Origin: Candidatus Eiseniibacteriota bacterium
GTDB taxonomy: Bacteria > Eisenbacteria > RBG-16-71-46 > CAIMUX01 > VGJL01
Length of the DNA stretch: 64,000 nt
Direction: 5' to 3'
Assembly (NCBI GenBank): GCA_963792585.1
Contig: CAWBWI010000003.1
Span: 288,001-352,000 of the forward strand
Shown here: positions 28,640-40,053 of the stretch, in pieces
Layout: each line of letters begins with the position of its first letter
Position numbering within the stretch: the stretch's first letter is position 1
Position numbers and translations under genes: made by a program
The notes under the pieces: generated by a model
What the model was told of the DNA's origin: nothing
Database searches by the model: none
Seen by the model: the letters and a program-made list of their open reading frames with translations, nothing else

Positions 28640-31600
28640 ATGATCGAACGGATCATCGAATTCTCGATCCGGAACCGGTTCGTGGTTCTCCTCGGCATGC
28701 TCGTCGTCGTGGTTTGGGGTATCTACTCGATCGGACACACGCCGATCGATGCGATCCCCGACCTCTCCGAGAACCAGGTGATCGTCTTCACCGACTGGAT
28801 GGGCCGCAGCCCCCAGGAGATCGAGGACCAGGTCACCTATCCCGCTCTCGGTCAACCTGCAGGGCCTGGCCGGCGTGAAGGCGGTGCGGTCGTCGAGCGA
28901 GTTCAACTTCTCGATGATCAACATCATCTTCGAGGACAAGATCGACTTCTACTTCGCCCGCCAGCGCGTGCTCGAACGGCTCTCGATCGCTCGCACCTTC
29001 CTGCCGCCGGGCGTCGTGCCCTACCTCGCCCCCGACGCCACGGCGCTCGGGCAGATCTTCTGGTACACCGTCGAGGGCGAGGGCAAGGACCTCGGCGAGC
29101 TGCGGGCGATCCAGGACTGGTACGTCCGCTACCAGCTCAACTCCGTCCCCGGCGTGGCCGAGGTCGTCGAGCGTCGGCGGCTTCATCAAGACCATGAGAT
29201 CGACATCGACCCCAACAAGCTGCGCGCCTACGAGGTCACGCTCGGCGAGGTGTTCTCGGCGGTTCAGCGCAGCAACTCCGCCGTCGGCGGCAAGGTCTAC
29301 GTCCAGAACGACGCCGAGTACCTGATCCGCGGCGTCGGCTGGATCCGAGGACTCGACGACATGCGAAACACGGTGGTCACCGACGCGGGACGGCGTGCCC
29401 GTCACAGTGGGCCATCTCGGCACCGTGCAGCTCGCCCCCGAGGCGCGCCGCTGCGTGCTGGAGAAGAACGGCAGCGAGGCGGTCGGCGGCGTGGTCCTGA
29501 TGCGCTACGGCGAGAACCCGCTGGAGGTCACGCAGCGCATCAAGGAGAAGATCGACGACCTACAGCCCGGCCTGCCCGAGGGCGTTCGGATCGTGCCGTT
29601 CTACGATCGCACCCGCCTGATCAAGGATGCGATCCATACGGTGACGCGGACGCTGAAGGAGGAGATCATCATCGCTCGATCGCGATCCTCCTGATCCTGA
29701 CGCACCTCGGCAGCGCCCTGGTCGTCGTCATCACGCTGCCGCTGGCCGTGCTGATCTCCTTCATCCTGATGCACCTCTTCGGCATCCCGTCCAACATCAT
29801 GTCGCTCTCCGGCATCGCGATCTCGATCGGCATCCTGGTGGACCCGGCGATCGTGATGATGGAGAACGCCACCCACGACCTGACCGCGGAGTTCGGCCAC
29901 GAACGGGTCCGCGGCGACACGCGCGAGATCATCCTGCGCGCCTGCGAAGCTCGTCGGGCGGCCGATCTTCTTCTCGGTCCTGATCATGCTGATCTCCTTC
30001 CTGCCGGTCTTCGCGCTCACGGGCCAGGAAGGGAAGATGTTCCACCCGCTGGCCTTCACCAAGACGCTTCGCGATGATCGGCGTGGCGCTGCTGGCGATC
30101 ACGCTCGTGCCGGCGCTGATCCCGATCTTCCTCCGGGGCCGGCTTCAGAGCGAGGAGGACAATCGGATCGTCCGCAGCTTCATCGAGATCTACAAGCCGG
30201 TGCTGAACGTTCCTGCTCCGTCACCGGACGGCGTTCGTCTGGTCGTTCGTCGTTCTCCTCGGCATCGGGTTCAACCTCTCGCGGCACCTCGGCCGCGAGT
30301 TCATGCCGCCGCTCGACGAGGGCAGCGTCCTCGACATGCCGGTCACGATCCCGAGCGTCGTCGGTGCCGCAGGCGGCGAGACGACCTGAAGGCGCGTGAC
30401 GCGATGCTCCGCACGTTCCCCGAGGTGTCGAGTCGGTGGTCGGCAAGGCCGGCCGCGCCGAGACGGCGACCGATCCCGCGCCGCTGGACATGGTCGAGAC
30501 GATCATCAACCTGCATCCGCGCTCCTGGTGGCCCAAGCGCAAGATCCGCTTCGAGGACACGATGAAGGAGGCGGGAATCCTATTGAGTGCCCTGCAGCAG
30601 CAGGGTGTTGTCCGGAAAGACCTTTCCGACGACGAGAGAGGGGTGCTTCTCAACGAGGCGTCCATGGCGGCCGCGGAGCGAATGGACGGAATCCTCCGAA
30701 CGCAGGCCCGCGAAGCGGAGATCGCCTTCACTCCCAACATTGGGAGCGATCTCGCGGCGACCGGTATGAAACGGGTCGTTGACATGGCGCGGCGACAGAA
30801 CGCGCTGAGTGCGGGGACCGATCCTGGCGTGATCAGCGGAATCGAAGCTGCGCTCTCTCGTAGCTTCGGCATGCAACTTGCGGTCGAGCCCGACGCCGTC
30901 GTTGTGAACCGACTCCTCGCCGCAGCCCGCGATTCTCTCGCGGCGCGTGGCGTGATTCAGACCCGGGGAGACATCTTCCGGCCCGAACGATCCCGGTGGG
31001 CGTCGCTCAGCGACCCGGTTCGGACCGTGCTTGGAGGATCAGCCCAAAGCGTCCAGGAATCGGCGCTTGCCTCGATCGAAAAGGCCCGCGAGAGGCTATG
31101 GAAGAAGGCGATGCGGGATGAGAACGATCGACTTGCCGACCGCGCACCCAAGGAACTCGTCGATGCGCTGACCGATGCGCTCACCGCAGGAGCGTCCACT
31201 CACGGCTTCGTTCAGCGTGACCTTACCGAGGCGGATCGCGAGGCGCTCTGGGGCCGGCGGGAGAAGTCGCTTCGCCGCGGACTCTTCCTGTGGCACAAGA
31301 CGAAGGTCGATATCGTGCAGGAGTTCGACACCGCTCTCCAGGTCCCAGGGTGGGGAAACATATGGACGCAGCCGATCATCAATCGTGTCGACATGCTTGC
31401 CACCGGCGTACGGACGATGGTCGGCGTGAAGGTCTTCGGGGACGACCTATACAAGATCCAGGATGTGTCGCAACAGGTTGCCGGAGTCCTGAGGGGCATC
31501 CCTGGCGCCGTCGATGTCTTTCCGGATCAGATCGTCGGAGAGAACTATCTCGAGATCGACGTGGATCGGGAAAAGGCCGCCCGGTATGGGGTGAACGTGG

Positions 31601-32619
31601 GAGACGTCCAGGACGTGATCGAGGTCGCCCTCGGGGGCATGACGGTCACGAACACGGTCGAAGGCCGACGTCGTTTCCCCGTGCGCGTCCGCTACGCGAG
31701 GGACTTCCGCACCGACGCGGAGGAAATAGGAAGGACGCTCGTAGCTTCCGGTGGGCCGGCAATGGGAGCCGCCCCGGCAGCCATGGGCTCGACGATGTCG
31801 ACCTCGGTCGCCCCGGGAGGGGGAACGGGACCGGTCCAGGTGCCCTTGTCCGCGGTCGCGACGATCCGGGTCACTCAAGGTCCCAGCATGATCAAGAGCG
31901 AGAACGGCATGCTGCGCTCCTATGTTCAACTGAATGTTCGGGGGCGCGACGTGGTCGGATTCGTCGAAGAGGCGCAACGGCTGGTCGCAACGAATGTAAA
32001 GCTTCCTCCGGGCTACTACATCGAGTGGAGCGGTCAGTTCGAACACCAGGTCCGGGCCAAGAAGACCCTCTCGATCGTCTTTCCGATGGTGATCCTCCTG
32101 ATCTGCCTGATCCTCTATCTGACCTTCCACGATCTTGCGCACGCGTTGCTGATGGTCTTGGCCGTGCCCGGAGCGCTCGTCGGGGGTGTGATCTTTCAGA
32201 AGCTGTTCGGCTTCAACTTCAGCGTGGCGGTCTGGGTTGGATATATCGCGGCCTTCGGCATGGCAACGGAAACCGGAATCGTCATGATGGTGTACCTACG
32301 CGATGCGCTCCACCGCAAAGGGGGTCTGGCCGCGATCAAGAGCGAGGAAGAGATCCGGGAGGCCGTTGTGCAGGGGGCCGTCCACCGATTGAGGCCGAAG
32401 CTCTTGACCGAAGGGGTCGCAATCGTCGGATTGATGCCGATGCTCTGGGCGCACGGGACTGGCGCGGAGGTCATGCGCCCGATGGTAGCTCCGGTCCTCG
32501 GAGGGCTTCTCGTCGCCGACGAGGTGATCGACCTCCTGATCCCCGTTCTCTTCCATTGGGTCGAAACGAATCGATGGCGGCGCATGAATGCGACGGCAGT
32601 CGCCGGGACGGACGTCTAG
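28640..32619 (+). pseudogene. cusA: CusA-family Cu/Ag RND efflux pump, multiply frameshifted between about 28840 and 30440 (pseudogene or assembly error)
   Basis: [101 protein letters not shown] are spread over different frames. Confidence 0.9.
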
Positions 32620-32620
32620 G

Positions 32621-35266
32621 ATGGAACCCATGGATGGGACAAAACCCCGCATGAGGCAACACATAATCGTAGATGGAATGACCTGCCAGGGTTGTGTGAG
32701 CAGTGTCACCCGAATGCTCGCCGCCGTCCCCCTCGTGGAGTCGGTCGAGGTGGATCTCGAGAAGGGACGTGCCGTTGTCACCCATTCCGGCGCCAGCATC
32801 GAGGAACTCCTGGCGCCGTTCCTGGCGGGCGGGCACAAGTTTCGTGCGCGCGCCTGTCACAGTGAGCCGGCCGAGGGAACGGCCCCCGCGCCGGGGGCGC
32901 CGAGGACATTGCAGCCTGAGTCTCCGGTGCACTCAATTCGGCGACGCGACGCCGCTCCGGAGCGGGAAACTCCGGCGACTCCGACCGGCGCGACCGATGC
33001 CGGCGATTCCTCCGCACGAACAGGGGCGGCCCCCGGAGATGACGTCTTGCATCTCGCGGTGACCGGCATGAGCTGCGCATCGTGCGTCTACAAAATCGAG
33101 ACGAAACTGAGGTCGCTTCCGGGCGTCGTGGACGCGAGCGTGAATTTCACCTCGGGGATGGCCACGGTGCGGACGCGAACTCCGGCCGACCCTGAGACCC
33201 TGGTCGCAGCCGTTCGCTCCGCCGGCGCCTACGGCGCCCGGGCGATCCTCGGGTCATCCGGGGAGAGGATCCTCGCCCACGAGCATGAGCAGGCGTTTCA
33301 CGCGCTCCGCCGACGCTTCTTCGTGTCGCTATCCCTCACTGTCCCGATCCTGCTGCTTGCGATGCCCGCGATGCTCGGTCGGCAGGGCTGGATCCCCGAG
33401 CGGCTGAGCCAGGCACTGCAGCTCGGTCTCATGCTTCCGCTCATGATCTACGCCGCCGGCCCGTTCTTCCGCGGATTTGTTGCGGCGCTCCGGTCGCGGA
33501 CTGCCGACATGAACAGCCTGATCGCAATCGGAACGGGCGCCGCCTTCTCGTATTCCGTAGTCGGCACGATCGCGCCCGAGTTGTTTCCCCACGAGATGCG
33601 GATGGGCGGCGCCGTGCACGTCTACTATGAGACTGCGGCCGTGATCGTCACACTGATCCTGATGGGACGGTTGCTTGAGGAGCGTGCGAAGGGGCGCGCC
33701 TCGGATGCGATCCAGAAGTTGATCGGCCTCCAGCCTGGGACGGCCCGCATTCGCAGGGATGGAGTTGAATCCGACATCCCGATCGGGGATGTCGTCGCCG
33801 GAGATCTCGTGATCGTCCATCCCGGGGAAAGAATCCCCGTCGACGGAGTGATCATCCAAGGCCGGTCGAGCCTCGACGAGAGCATGGTCACCGGCGAATC
33901 GCTACCTGTTGAGAAGCACCCGGGCGACCAGGTGATCGGTGCGACGATCAACAAGACGGGGAGTTTCGTCTTCCGCGCCACGCGGGTCGGCAACGAGACG
34001 ATTCTCGCGCGGATCATCGAGATGGTCCGCCGGGCGCAGGGGAGCAAGGCCCCCATCCAACGGCTTGTCGACCGTGTCGCCGCAGTCTTCGTGCCGGCCG
34101 TGATTCTGGTCGCCATCGCCACACTCGCCGTCTGGCTCGTGGCCGGGCCGCAGCCGCGTGTTGCCTATGCCCTTTCGAACTTCGTCGCCGTCCTCATCAT
34201 CGCCTGTCCCTGCGCGCTCGGACTTGCGACGCCGACGGCGATCACGGTGGCAATGGGGAAGGCCGCAGAGATTGGGATTCTATTCCGTTCCGCCGAGTCC
34301 CTGGAATCGCTCGGGCGGTCAACGGCCGCGGTGCTCGACAAGACCGGAACGCTGACGCGGGGGCAGCCGACCCTCGTGGATGTACGGATCCTGAGCGGCC
34401 AGCCGACGGCGGACTTGCTCCGCCTCGTCGCGGGGGCGGAGACCCGCTCCGAACATCCCCTGGCGGCGGCCGTGGTGGCGGGGGCCCGGGCACGCGGAGT
34501 TCTGCCGGCGGAGCCGGTGCACTTCGAAGCCGTGACCGGTCAGGGAATCGTGGCTGAGATCGAAGGGCACACGATCGTTGCCGGAAACCGCGGCCTGCTG
34601 GAAGCGCGCGGGATCGATGTTTCTGCGACGGTCAAGTTCGTGGAAGAGGAGTCGGCGATGGGACGAACCGTCGTTCTCGCGGCTATCGACGGCCGCACCG
34701 CCGCCATCCTCTCGATCACCGACCCGATCAGGGACAGTGCCCGAACTACGGTCGAGTCCCTCGCCGCTCGGGGAATCCTCGTCTCGATGCAGACCGGGGA
34801 CGCGCGCCGGACCGCAGAGGCTGTTGCGTCCCAAACCGGCATTACGCGCGTTTTCACCGAGGTGAAACCGGAGGACAAAGCGGCCGCCGTGCAGACGCTC
34901 CAGGCGGAAGGGCACACAGTCGTGATGGTTGGCGACGGGATCAACGACGCTCCGGCCCTTGCCCAGGCGGACGTCGGCGTGGCAATGGGCACGGGCACGG
35001 ATGTCGCGATCGAGAGCGCGGGCGTGACCCTCCTCGGAGGCGACCTCTCCCGACTGATCGCCGCGTACGACCTTTCCCGCCGAACGATGCGGACTATCCG
35101 GCAGAACCTCTTCTGGGCCTTCATCTACAACGTCATCGGGATTCCGATCGCGGCCGGTGTTCTCTACCCGTTCACCGGGAAGCTCTTGAACCCCGTGATC
35201 GCGGCTTTCGCGATGGCAATGAGTTCCGTTTCGGTGGTCAGCAACAGCCTTCGACTGAAGCGCTAG
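32621..35266 (+). CDS. copA: Copper-translocating P1B-type ATPase
   Basis: Two HMA domains (GMTCQGC, GMSCASC), [26 protein letters not shown] and MAMSS motifs typical of Cu(I) pumps. Confidence 0.95.
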   Translation: MEPMDGTKPRMRQHIIVDGMTCQGCVSSVTRMLAAVPLVESVEVDLEKGRAVVTHSGASIEELLAPFLAGGHKFRARACHSEPAEGTAPAPGAPRTLQPESPVHSIRRRDAAPERETPATPTGATDAGDSSARTGAAPGDDVLHLAVTGMSCASCVYKIETKLRSLPGVVDASVNFTSGMATVRTRTPADPETLVAAVRSAGAYGARAILGSSGERILAHEHEQAFHALRRRFFVSLSLTVPILLLAMPAMLGRQGWIPERLSQALQLGLMLPLMIYAAGPFFRGFVAALRSRTADMNSLIAIGTGAAFSYSVVGTIAPELFPHEMRMGGAVHVYYETAAVIVTLILMGRLLEERAKGRASDAIQKLIGLQPGTARIRRDGVESDIPIGDVVAGDLVIVHPGERIPVDGVIIQGRSSLDESMVTGESLPVEKHPGDQVIGATINKTGSFVFRATRVGNETILARIIEMVRRAQGSKAPIQRLVDRVAAVFVPAVILVAIATLAVWLVAGPQPRVAYALSNFVAVLIIACPCALGLATPTAITVAMGKAAEIGILFRSAESLESLGRSTAAVLDKTGTLTRGQPTLVDVRILSGQPTADLLRLVAGAETRSEHPLAAAVVAGARARGVLPAEPVHFEAVTGQGIVAEIEGHTIVAGNRGLLEARGIDVSATVKFVEEESAMGRTVVLAAIDGRTAAILSITDPIRDSARTTVESLAARGILVSMQTGDARRTAEAVASQTGITRVFTEVKPEDKAAAVQTLQAEGHTVVMVGDGINDAPALAQADVGVAMGTGTDVAIESAGVTLLGGDLSRLIAAYDLSRRTMRTIRQNLFWAFIYNVIGIPIAAGVLYPFTGKLLNPVIAAFAMAMSSVSVVSNSLRLKR

Positions 35267-35290
35267 CGTCAGCCGAGCAAGGAGGAATTA

Positions 35291-35887
35291 ATGCGTAGAT
35301 TTGTCATAGCGGCCGCGGCGATTGCCGCCCTCTTCATTGCCTTCAGCGGCATCGCAACGGCCGAAGAGGGAATGAAGATGTCCATGGGTAAGGAGAAGGA
35401 CTCGGGTCCGGCCGTCGATCCCGTCTCGGGGAAGAAGGTGACGGCGGAAGAGGCTCCGGAGGCCATCTTCCTCGATACGCTCTTCCGGTTCGAGTCGGCC
35501 GAGAATCTCGCGAAGTTCCGCGTCGAGCCGGAGAAGTACGCAACCGTCGATTGCCCGGTCTCTGGAGAGCCGGTCCGGATCCGCGACGCAAAGGTCAAGA
35601 CGACCCATTCCGGTCGCACGTGGTACTTCTGCTGCGGTGACTGCATCAAGAAGTTCGAGAAGAACCCAACGAAGTACGTGACGATCCGGTGCCCGGTCTC
35701 CGGAGAGGTGGTTCCGATGGCAGATGCAGTCAAGGCCCCGATCGAAGGACGAGACATCTACTTCTGTTGTGCCGGTTGCAAACCGGCATTCGAGAGGAAC
35801 TCGGCCAAACTGTTCGCGATGATGGTGCCCGAGGGCGGGGACGCCAAGCCCGCTCCCGCCGTACCCCCATCGGAGAGCAAGAACTGA
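35291..35887 (+). CDS. Secreted YHS/TRASH-domain protein (three repeats)
   Basis: Signal peptide; DPVSG...FRFES, CPVSG...YFCCGDC, CPVSG...YFCCAGC. Confidence 0.82.
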   Translation: MRRFVIAAAAIAALFIAFSGIATAEEGMKMSMGKEKDSGPAVDPVSGKKVTAEEAPEAIFLDTLFRFESAENLAKFRVEPEKYATVDCPVSGEPVRIRDAKVKTTHSGRTWYFCCGDCIKKFEKNPTKYVTIRCPVSGEVVPMADAVKAPIEGRDIYFCCAGCKPAFERNSAKLFAMMVPEGGDAKPAPAVPPSESKN

Positions 35888-36008
35888 CCTCGCCGAGGAT
35901 CATGTGTGTGCTCGAGCGGTCCGGCCCGGCCGGGCCGCTCGTCGTTTCGGCGCCGAGAGTCCCGGGTGTACGATTGAGCGGAAACCAAAGGACGGGAGGA
36001 AAGCCGCG

Positions 36009-36872
36009 GTGCCGACCTGCTTCTTCGTCACGGATCTGCACGGTCATACGGATCGATATGACAAGCTGCTCGGTACGATCGCGGCCGAACGCCCCGCGGC
36101 GGTCTTCATGGGAGGAGATCTGTTGCCGAAGGGGGCGATTTCCCGTCAAAGCCTCGAGGTCGGCAACGCCGACTTCATCGATGCCTTCCTCATCCCCGGG
36201 TTTCGTCGACTACGGGAGTCGATGGGCTCCGAGTACCCAAGAGTCTTCCTGATTCTCGGAAACGACGATCCGCGCTGTGAGGAGGCGGCGTTCCTCGATG
36301 CGGCCGTCAATGGAATGTGGAGCTGTATTCACGAACGCAGGGTCGCGTTCGCGGGGTTCGATGTCTACGGATACGGATACGTTCCGCCGACCCCCTTTCT
36401 ATTGAAGGATTGGGAGCGATACGACGTTTCGCGGTACGTTGATCCGGGAAGCGTCTCGCCCGAGGAAGGCTGTCGCAGCGTACCGGTCTCCGCGGACGCG
36501 ATCCGCTTCGGCACCATTCAGAAGGATCTTGCCGCCCTCACCACCGACGCGGCGCTCGGTCGGGCGGTATTCCTCTTCCACTCTCCGCCATACGGCACGG
36601 TTCTCGACCGCGCCGCGCTGGACGGCAGGAGCGTCGATCATGTTCCACTGGATGTCCACATCGGGAGCATCGCGATAAAGCGATTCATCGAGGAGCGGCA
36701 ACCGCGAGTGACCCTGCACGGCCACGTGCACGAATCGACGCGCCTGACCGGAAGTTGGAAGACGAGAATCGGACGGACCGTTTGCATCAACGCGGCCCAC
36801 GACGGATCGGAGCTCTCGCTCGTTCGGTTCGATCCCGAAGACCCCGACGCAGCGACGCGGCAACTACTCTAG
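36009..36872 (+). CDS. Calcineurin-like metallophosphoesterase
   Basis: DLHG, GGD, GNDD, HSPP, HGHVHE motifs; GTG start with GGAGGA RBS. Confidence 0.88.
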   Translation: MPTCFFVTDLHGHTDRYDKLLGTIAAERPAAVFMGGDLLPKGAISRQSLEVGNADFIDAFLIPGFRRLRESMGSEYPRVFLILGNDDPRCEEAAFLDAAVNGMWSCIHERRVAFAGFDVYGYGYVPPTPFLLKDWERYDVSRYVDPGSVSPEEGCRSVPVSADAIRFGTIQKDLAALTTDAALGRAVFLFHSPPYGTVLDRAALDGRSVDHVPLDVHIGSIAIKRFIEERQPRVTLHGHVHESTRLTGSWKTRIGRTVCINAAHDGSELSLVRFDPEDPDAATRQLL

Positions 36873-36873
36873 A

Positions 36874-39800
36874 TCACAAGGACTTCATCGGCAGTTCGCG
36901 GGCAGGGTCCGTTATGGCACCGATCTTCACCGCAAAGCTCGTGCGCTGGGCGATGTCCTCATCGGTGATCAGGTGCACATCGAGGAGCCCATCCGTCCGG
37001 TAGCCTGTCCGCAGAAAGTTGATCTCGCCGAGGCAGTCGCTCCACCCCTCGAGCCACAGCAGCAACTCACTACGTTGCTTCTCGGTTCCGCGGAAGTGGA
37101 GCAGGATGTCGATGTCGCTCGCCGGTCCCGCCGTCGCGTTCTTGGTGCTACCGATCACGTAAAAGGCCATCACCCCGAATCGCGCGCCGTCCAGCTCCGC
37201 CGCAAGCCGTTCCGCGAAGCGAAGCCGCCACCGCCAGTGGTTCTCATTGCGACCGGACTCCTGTTCGGTGACCACGGCGACGTCCTGGGCGACTTGCTGC
37301 GGCGGTGAGAAGAAGGCAAGCGCCTCCTCCTTGTCGGCGTTCATGAGAAGCCGGAGGATCATCCCGTCGCTCACCCTCGGAATATCGATCACGCGCAGGG
37401 TGTCCGCGAGTCCGGCAAACTCCGGGAGCAGGTCCAGAAGCAAACTCGGCGCCATACGCAGGAAACCCTCGTTGAAGACGATCCCCTCGTCGTCGGGATA
37501 GAGTGGGAGATAGCGGATCTTCGCCTCCACGAGGTCCTGGAAAAAGTGGGTTCCAAACGAGAGATCGGGAAGGTAGTTACCTTTCTTGCGGGCGATCTCG
37601 ATGAGCGCCGCGGTGTTGTTGATGTCAGCATAAGTTACGTTCACGCCGAGCTTGATGTCTCCACGGCTGCCCCAACGTCCCGGACCCATCAGGATGAACT
37701 GGTGCTTCGGGAGGATCTTGTTGAGCTTGCCGACCGCGCGACCGACGGCGCGCAGCTCCTCTAGCGTCGGCAGGCGGTTGTACTGCTCGGGATCGATGTA
37801 GACGACATGCGTGATGTTCGGGACCATCCCGTTGGAGACGAACTTCCTCGCGGAGAAGAGGATCCGCTCCTCCGGCACGTCCCGCGGAATCACGGCCGGC
37901 GGGGCGGCGCCTCCGGAGCTCTGCGGGCGGCACTGGAGCAAGTAAAGGTCGCGTCCGTCGGACGCGAATTCGATGTCGACCGACGAGCCGATCTCCCGTT
38001 CGAGCAATTCCAGAATCGCCCGGATTTGACGGATGAAAGGTGTTCCGCCGACCAAACCCTCGAATGTGAAGACCAGCCGGCCAGGGTCGGAGGCTGCCTC
38101 GTTGCCGATTGGGCGCCGGACCCGATCCCCGTCGACGATCGACACCATGTTCGCGATCTGAGGAAGCTCGAAGCCGGCCTCGGCGAGGAAATCGCTTGCA
38201 TCGATTGTGTCGAAGGCGCCTGTCTCCAAATTGATCAGGTCGATCTTCTTCGGAGAGTATCGAACGATCTCGTCGAGGGTGACGTTGACCCGCAGATTAG
38301 GCTGGCCCGGCGCCAGCAGGACCGGGTAGTCGTCCTTCAACCTGTCGACGGCCCGGGTGCCGAGACCAGGCACGAGCCGTACCAAACCGTCCTCGCGACG
38401 GATACGGGCGGACCAGCGAAACTCATTGCGGCTGAAGGCGACGCCTGAGAAGGCGGGAAGGAAGTACCGGCCAACACGGGTGCCCACGACCTCCTGGATC
38501 AGAATACCCATTTCCTCATAGACGTCGATCAGGCCCCGCTCGGTTCGATACTCGATCGGGTCCGGACCGAACGTCGAGGCATATACCTCGGCAATCGCAT
38601 CCATCAAAGCCGTCAGCCGCTCCGGTTTGGTGCCCTGGTTAGCGAGAAAGAGACTCTTGTACTTCCCGCTGAAGGCCGCGCCAAAGCGATCCTCGAGGAG
38701 GCTGGAACTCCGCACGATCAGCGGTACTCCCTCGAGATCATCCAGAAGAACGGAAAGGCCTTTAACGATCGTGGGCGAGAAGTGAGAGTTTTTGAAGATC
38801 TGCACAATGTGGGGATACTCGTACCGGAGCTGGTCGATGTCCGCATACTTCTGGTTGTACACATCCTCGAGGTTGTTGAATTGGATAAAGTCGAGCAGCG
38901 CGTCGGTCGTTATATACCATGTTTTCGGAGTCTTGATACCCGCAAGAAGATCCGAGGCACCATCTGCCTTTCGGAGGATGTTCATTGCAAGAAACAGGCC
39001 GGCAGTCTTTCCCCCAAGTTTTCCCCGGCTCTTCGGGGGGAAGATCATTCTCTGCACCAGATCGTAGTAGTCGTCCACGGCAATCCAGCGTTTGGCTACG
39101 TCCATGTAGGCAGGCAGATCGGTGAAGAAGTGTTCGATCAAGGAGACGGGGAGACCCTTCTGCGCGGACGGAGGGAACTCCACCTCCTCCTTCGGGATGT
39201 GGTGGAACCGGCGGATGGCGTCGGTGACCTCGTCGAGTGACGCGTCATGACTCGCGACGGCATTGACGAGGAAGCGGGCCCGCTCTTCGCGGATCCACTT
39301 CTGGACGCAGCTGAGGATTTCTTCTTCGCCTAAACGGTCGCCGGCGATCTTGAATGTGGCATCGGTCAGCGCCGGAATATCGCCGCTCTTTGTGTATTCG
39401 ATCGGCCGGTTTTCATCCTCTTCTTGACCATCGCCGGGCCGCGGGGCATAGCCGACGCTGTGCAGCAAGTCGACGGCCTCCTGAATCCCGATCCAGCAAA
39501 GGTGGTTGAGCATCTTGCGCGAGATACGAAGCAGCAGGGTCTGGTCCGTGTGCTTCAGGAAATCGAGGATGATCCGCCACTGCCCCTTGGAGGAAGGGGA
39601 GAGCTGCTGCCGTGCCGTTTCGAGACTTTGGAACGCCATCTGCATTCTCTTGTGCGCAATCGCATAGCCGAGGCGCACGGAGACGGCGCTCAGGAGCTTG
39701 CGTTCTTCCTTCAGGAACGGGCCTTCGTCCGACTTGCTCACCTGTTCCTTGTAGAAGACTTCGATCTTCCCCGCCCGTTCCGCGTCAACGGTGAGGATCG

Positions 39801-40053
39801 TGCTCTGAACCCAGGGGGTCTCGACGAAGTCCGGGGATTGGACGACGAGGTCCCGGCAGGTGATTCGGGCGACGCAGACGTTCGGGAACTGATATCCGGC
39901 CGGAATGACCGCCACGATCTCCTCGAAGATCGTGCTGAGCGGGAGATCACTCGCCTTGAGGATCTCGTCTACCTTGAAGAGGCAGTCGAGCTCCTTCGTG
40001 CGCTCCTGCAAGGCGCGCAGGATTGAATCGATCGATGGTTCCGGTGGATTCAC
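36874..40053 (-). CDS. PEP/pyruvate-binding (PPDK_N ATP-grasp) domain protein with GAF-like N-terminus and C-terminal nucleotidyltransferase domain
   Basis: LGGKTAGL, VRSSSLLED..FSGKY, IQEVVG, GLGT, DIEFA, LLQCRP; GRWGS..SFGTHFF domain; C-terminal IGSTKN..SDIDI. Confidence 0.85.
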   Translation of the reverse strand: MNPPEPSIDSILRALQERTKELDCLFKVDEILKASDLPLSTIFEEIVAVIPAGYQFPNVCVARITCRDLVVQSPDFVETPWVQSTILTVDAERAGKIEVFYKEQVSKSDEGPFLKEERKLLSAVSVRLGYAIAHKRMQMAFQSLETARQQLSPSSKGQWRIILDFLKHTDQTLLLRISRKMLNHLCWIGIQEAVDLLHSVGYAPRPGDGQEEDENRPIEYTKSGDIPALTDATFKIAGDRLGEEEILSCVQKWIREERARFLVNAVASHDASLDEVTDAIRRFHHIPKEEVEFPPSAQKGLPVSLIEHFFTDLPAYMDVAKRWIAVDDYYDLVQRMIFPPKSRGKLGGKTAGLFLAMNILRKADGASDLLAGIKTPKTWYITTDALLDFIQFNNLEDVYNQKYADIDQLRYEYPHIVQIFKNSHFSPTIVKGLSVLLDDLEGVPLIVRSSSLLEDRFGAAFSGKYKSLFLANQGTKPERLTALMDAIAEVYASTFGPDPIEYRTERGLIDVYEEMGILIQEVVGTRVGRYFLPAFSGVAFSRNEFRWSARIRREDGLVRLVPGLGTRAVDRLKDDYPVLLAPGQPNLRVNVTLDEIVRYSPKKIDLINLETGAFDTIDASDFLAEAGFELPQIANMVSIVDGDRVRRPIGNEAASDPGRLVFTFEGLVGGTPFIRQIRAILELLEREIGSSVDIEFASDGRDLYLLQCRPQSSGGAAPPAVIPRDVPEERILFSARKFVSNGMVPNITHVVYIDPEQYNRLPTLEELRAVGRAVGKLNKILPKHQFILMGPGRWGSRGDIKLGVNVTYADINNTAALIEIARKKGNYLPDLSFGTHFFQDLVEAKIRYLPLYPDDEGIVFNEGFLRMAPSLLLDLLPEFAGLADTLRVIDIPRVSDGMILRLLMNADKEEALAFFSPPQQVAQDVAVVTEQESGRNENHWRWRLRFAERLAAELDGARFGVMAFYVIGSTKNATAGPASDIDILLHFRGTEKQRSELLLWLEGWSDCLGEINFLRTGYRTDGLLDVHLITDEDIAQRTSFAVKIGAITDPARELPMKSL

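Noticed and set aside
28840..30440. Programmed frameshifting or phase variation in cusA
   Set aside because: Too many indels, and most are not in slippery or homopolymer tracts.
22077..35887. Copper cluster as a mobile genomic island
   Set aside because: No integrase, transposase, tRNA or flanking direct repeats seen, and composition looks similar to the flanks.
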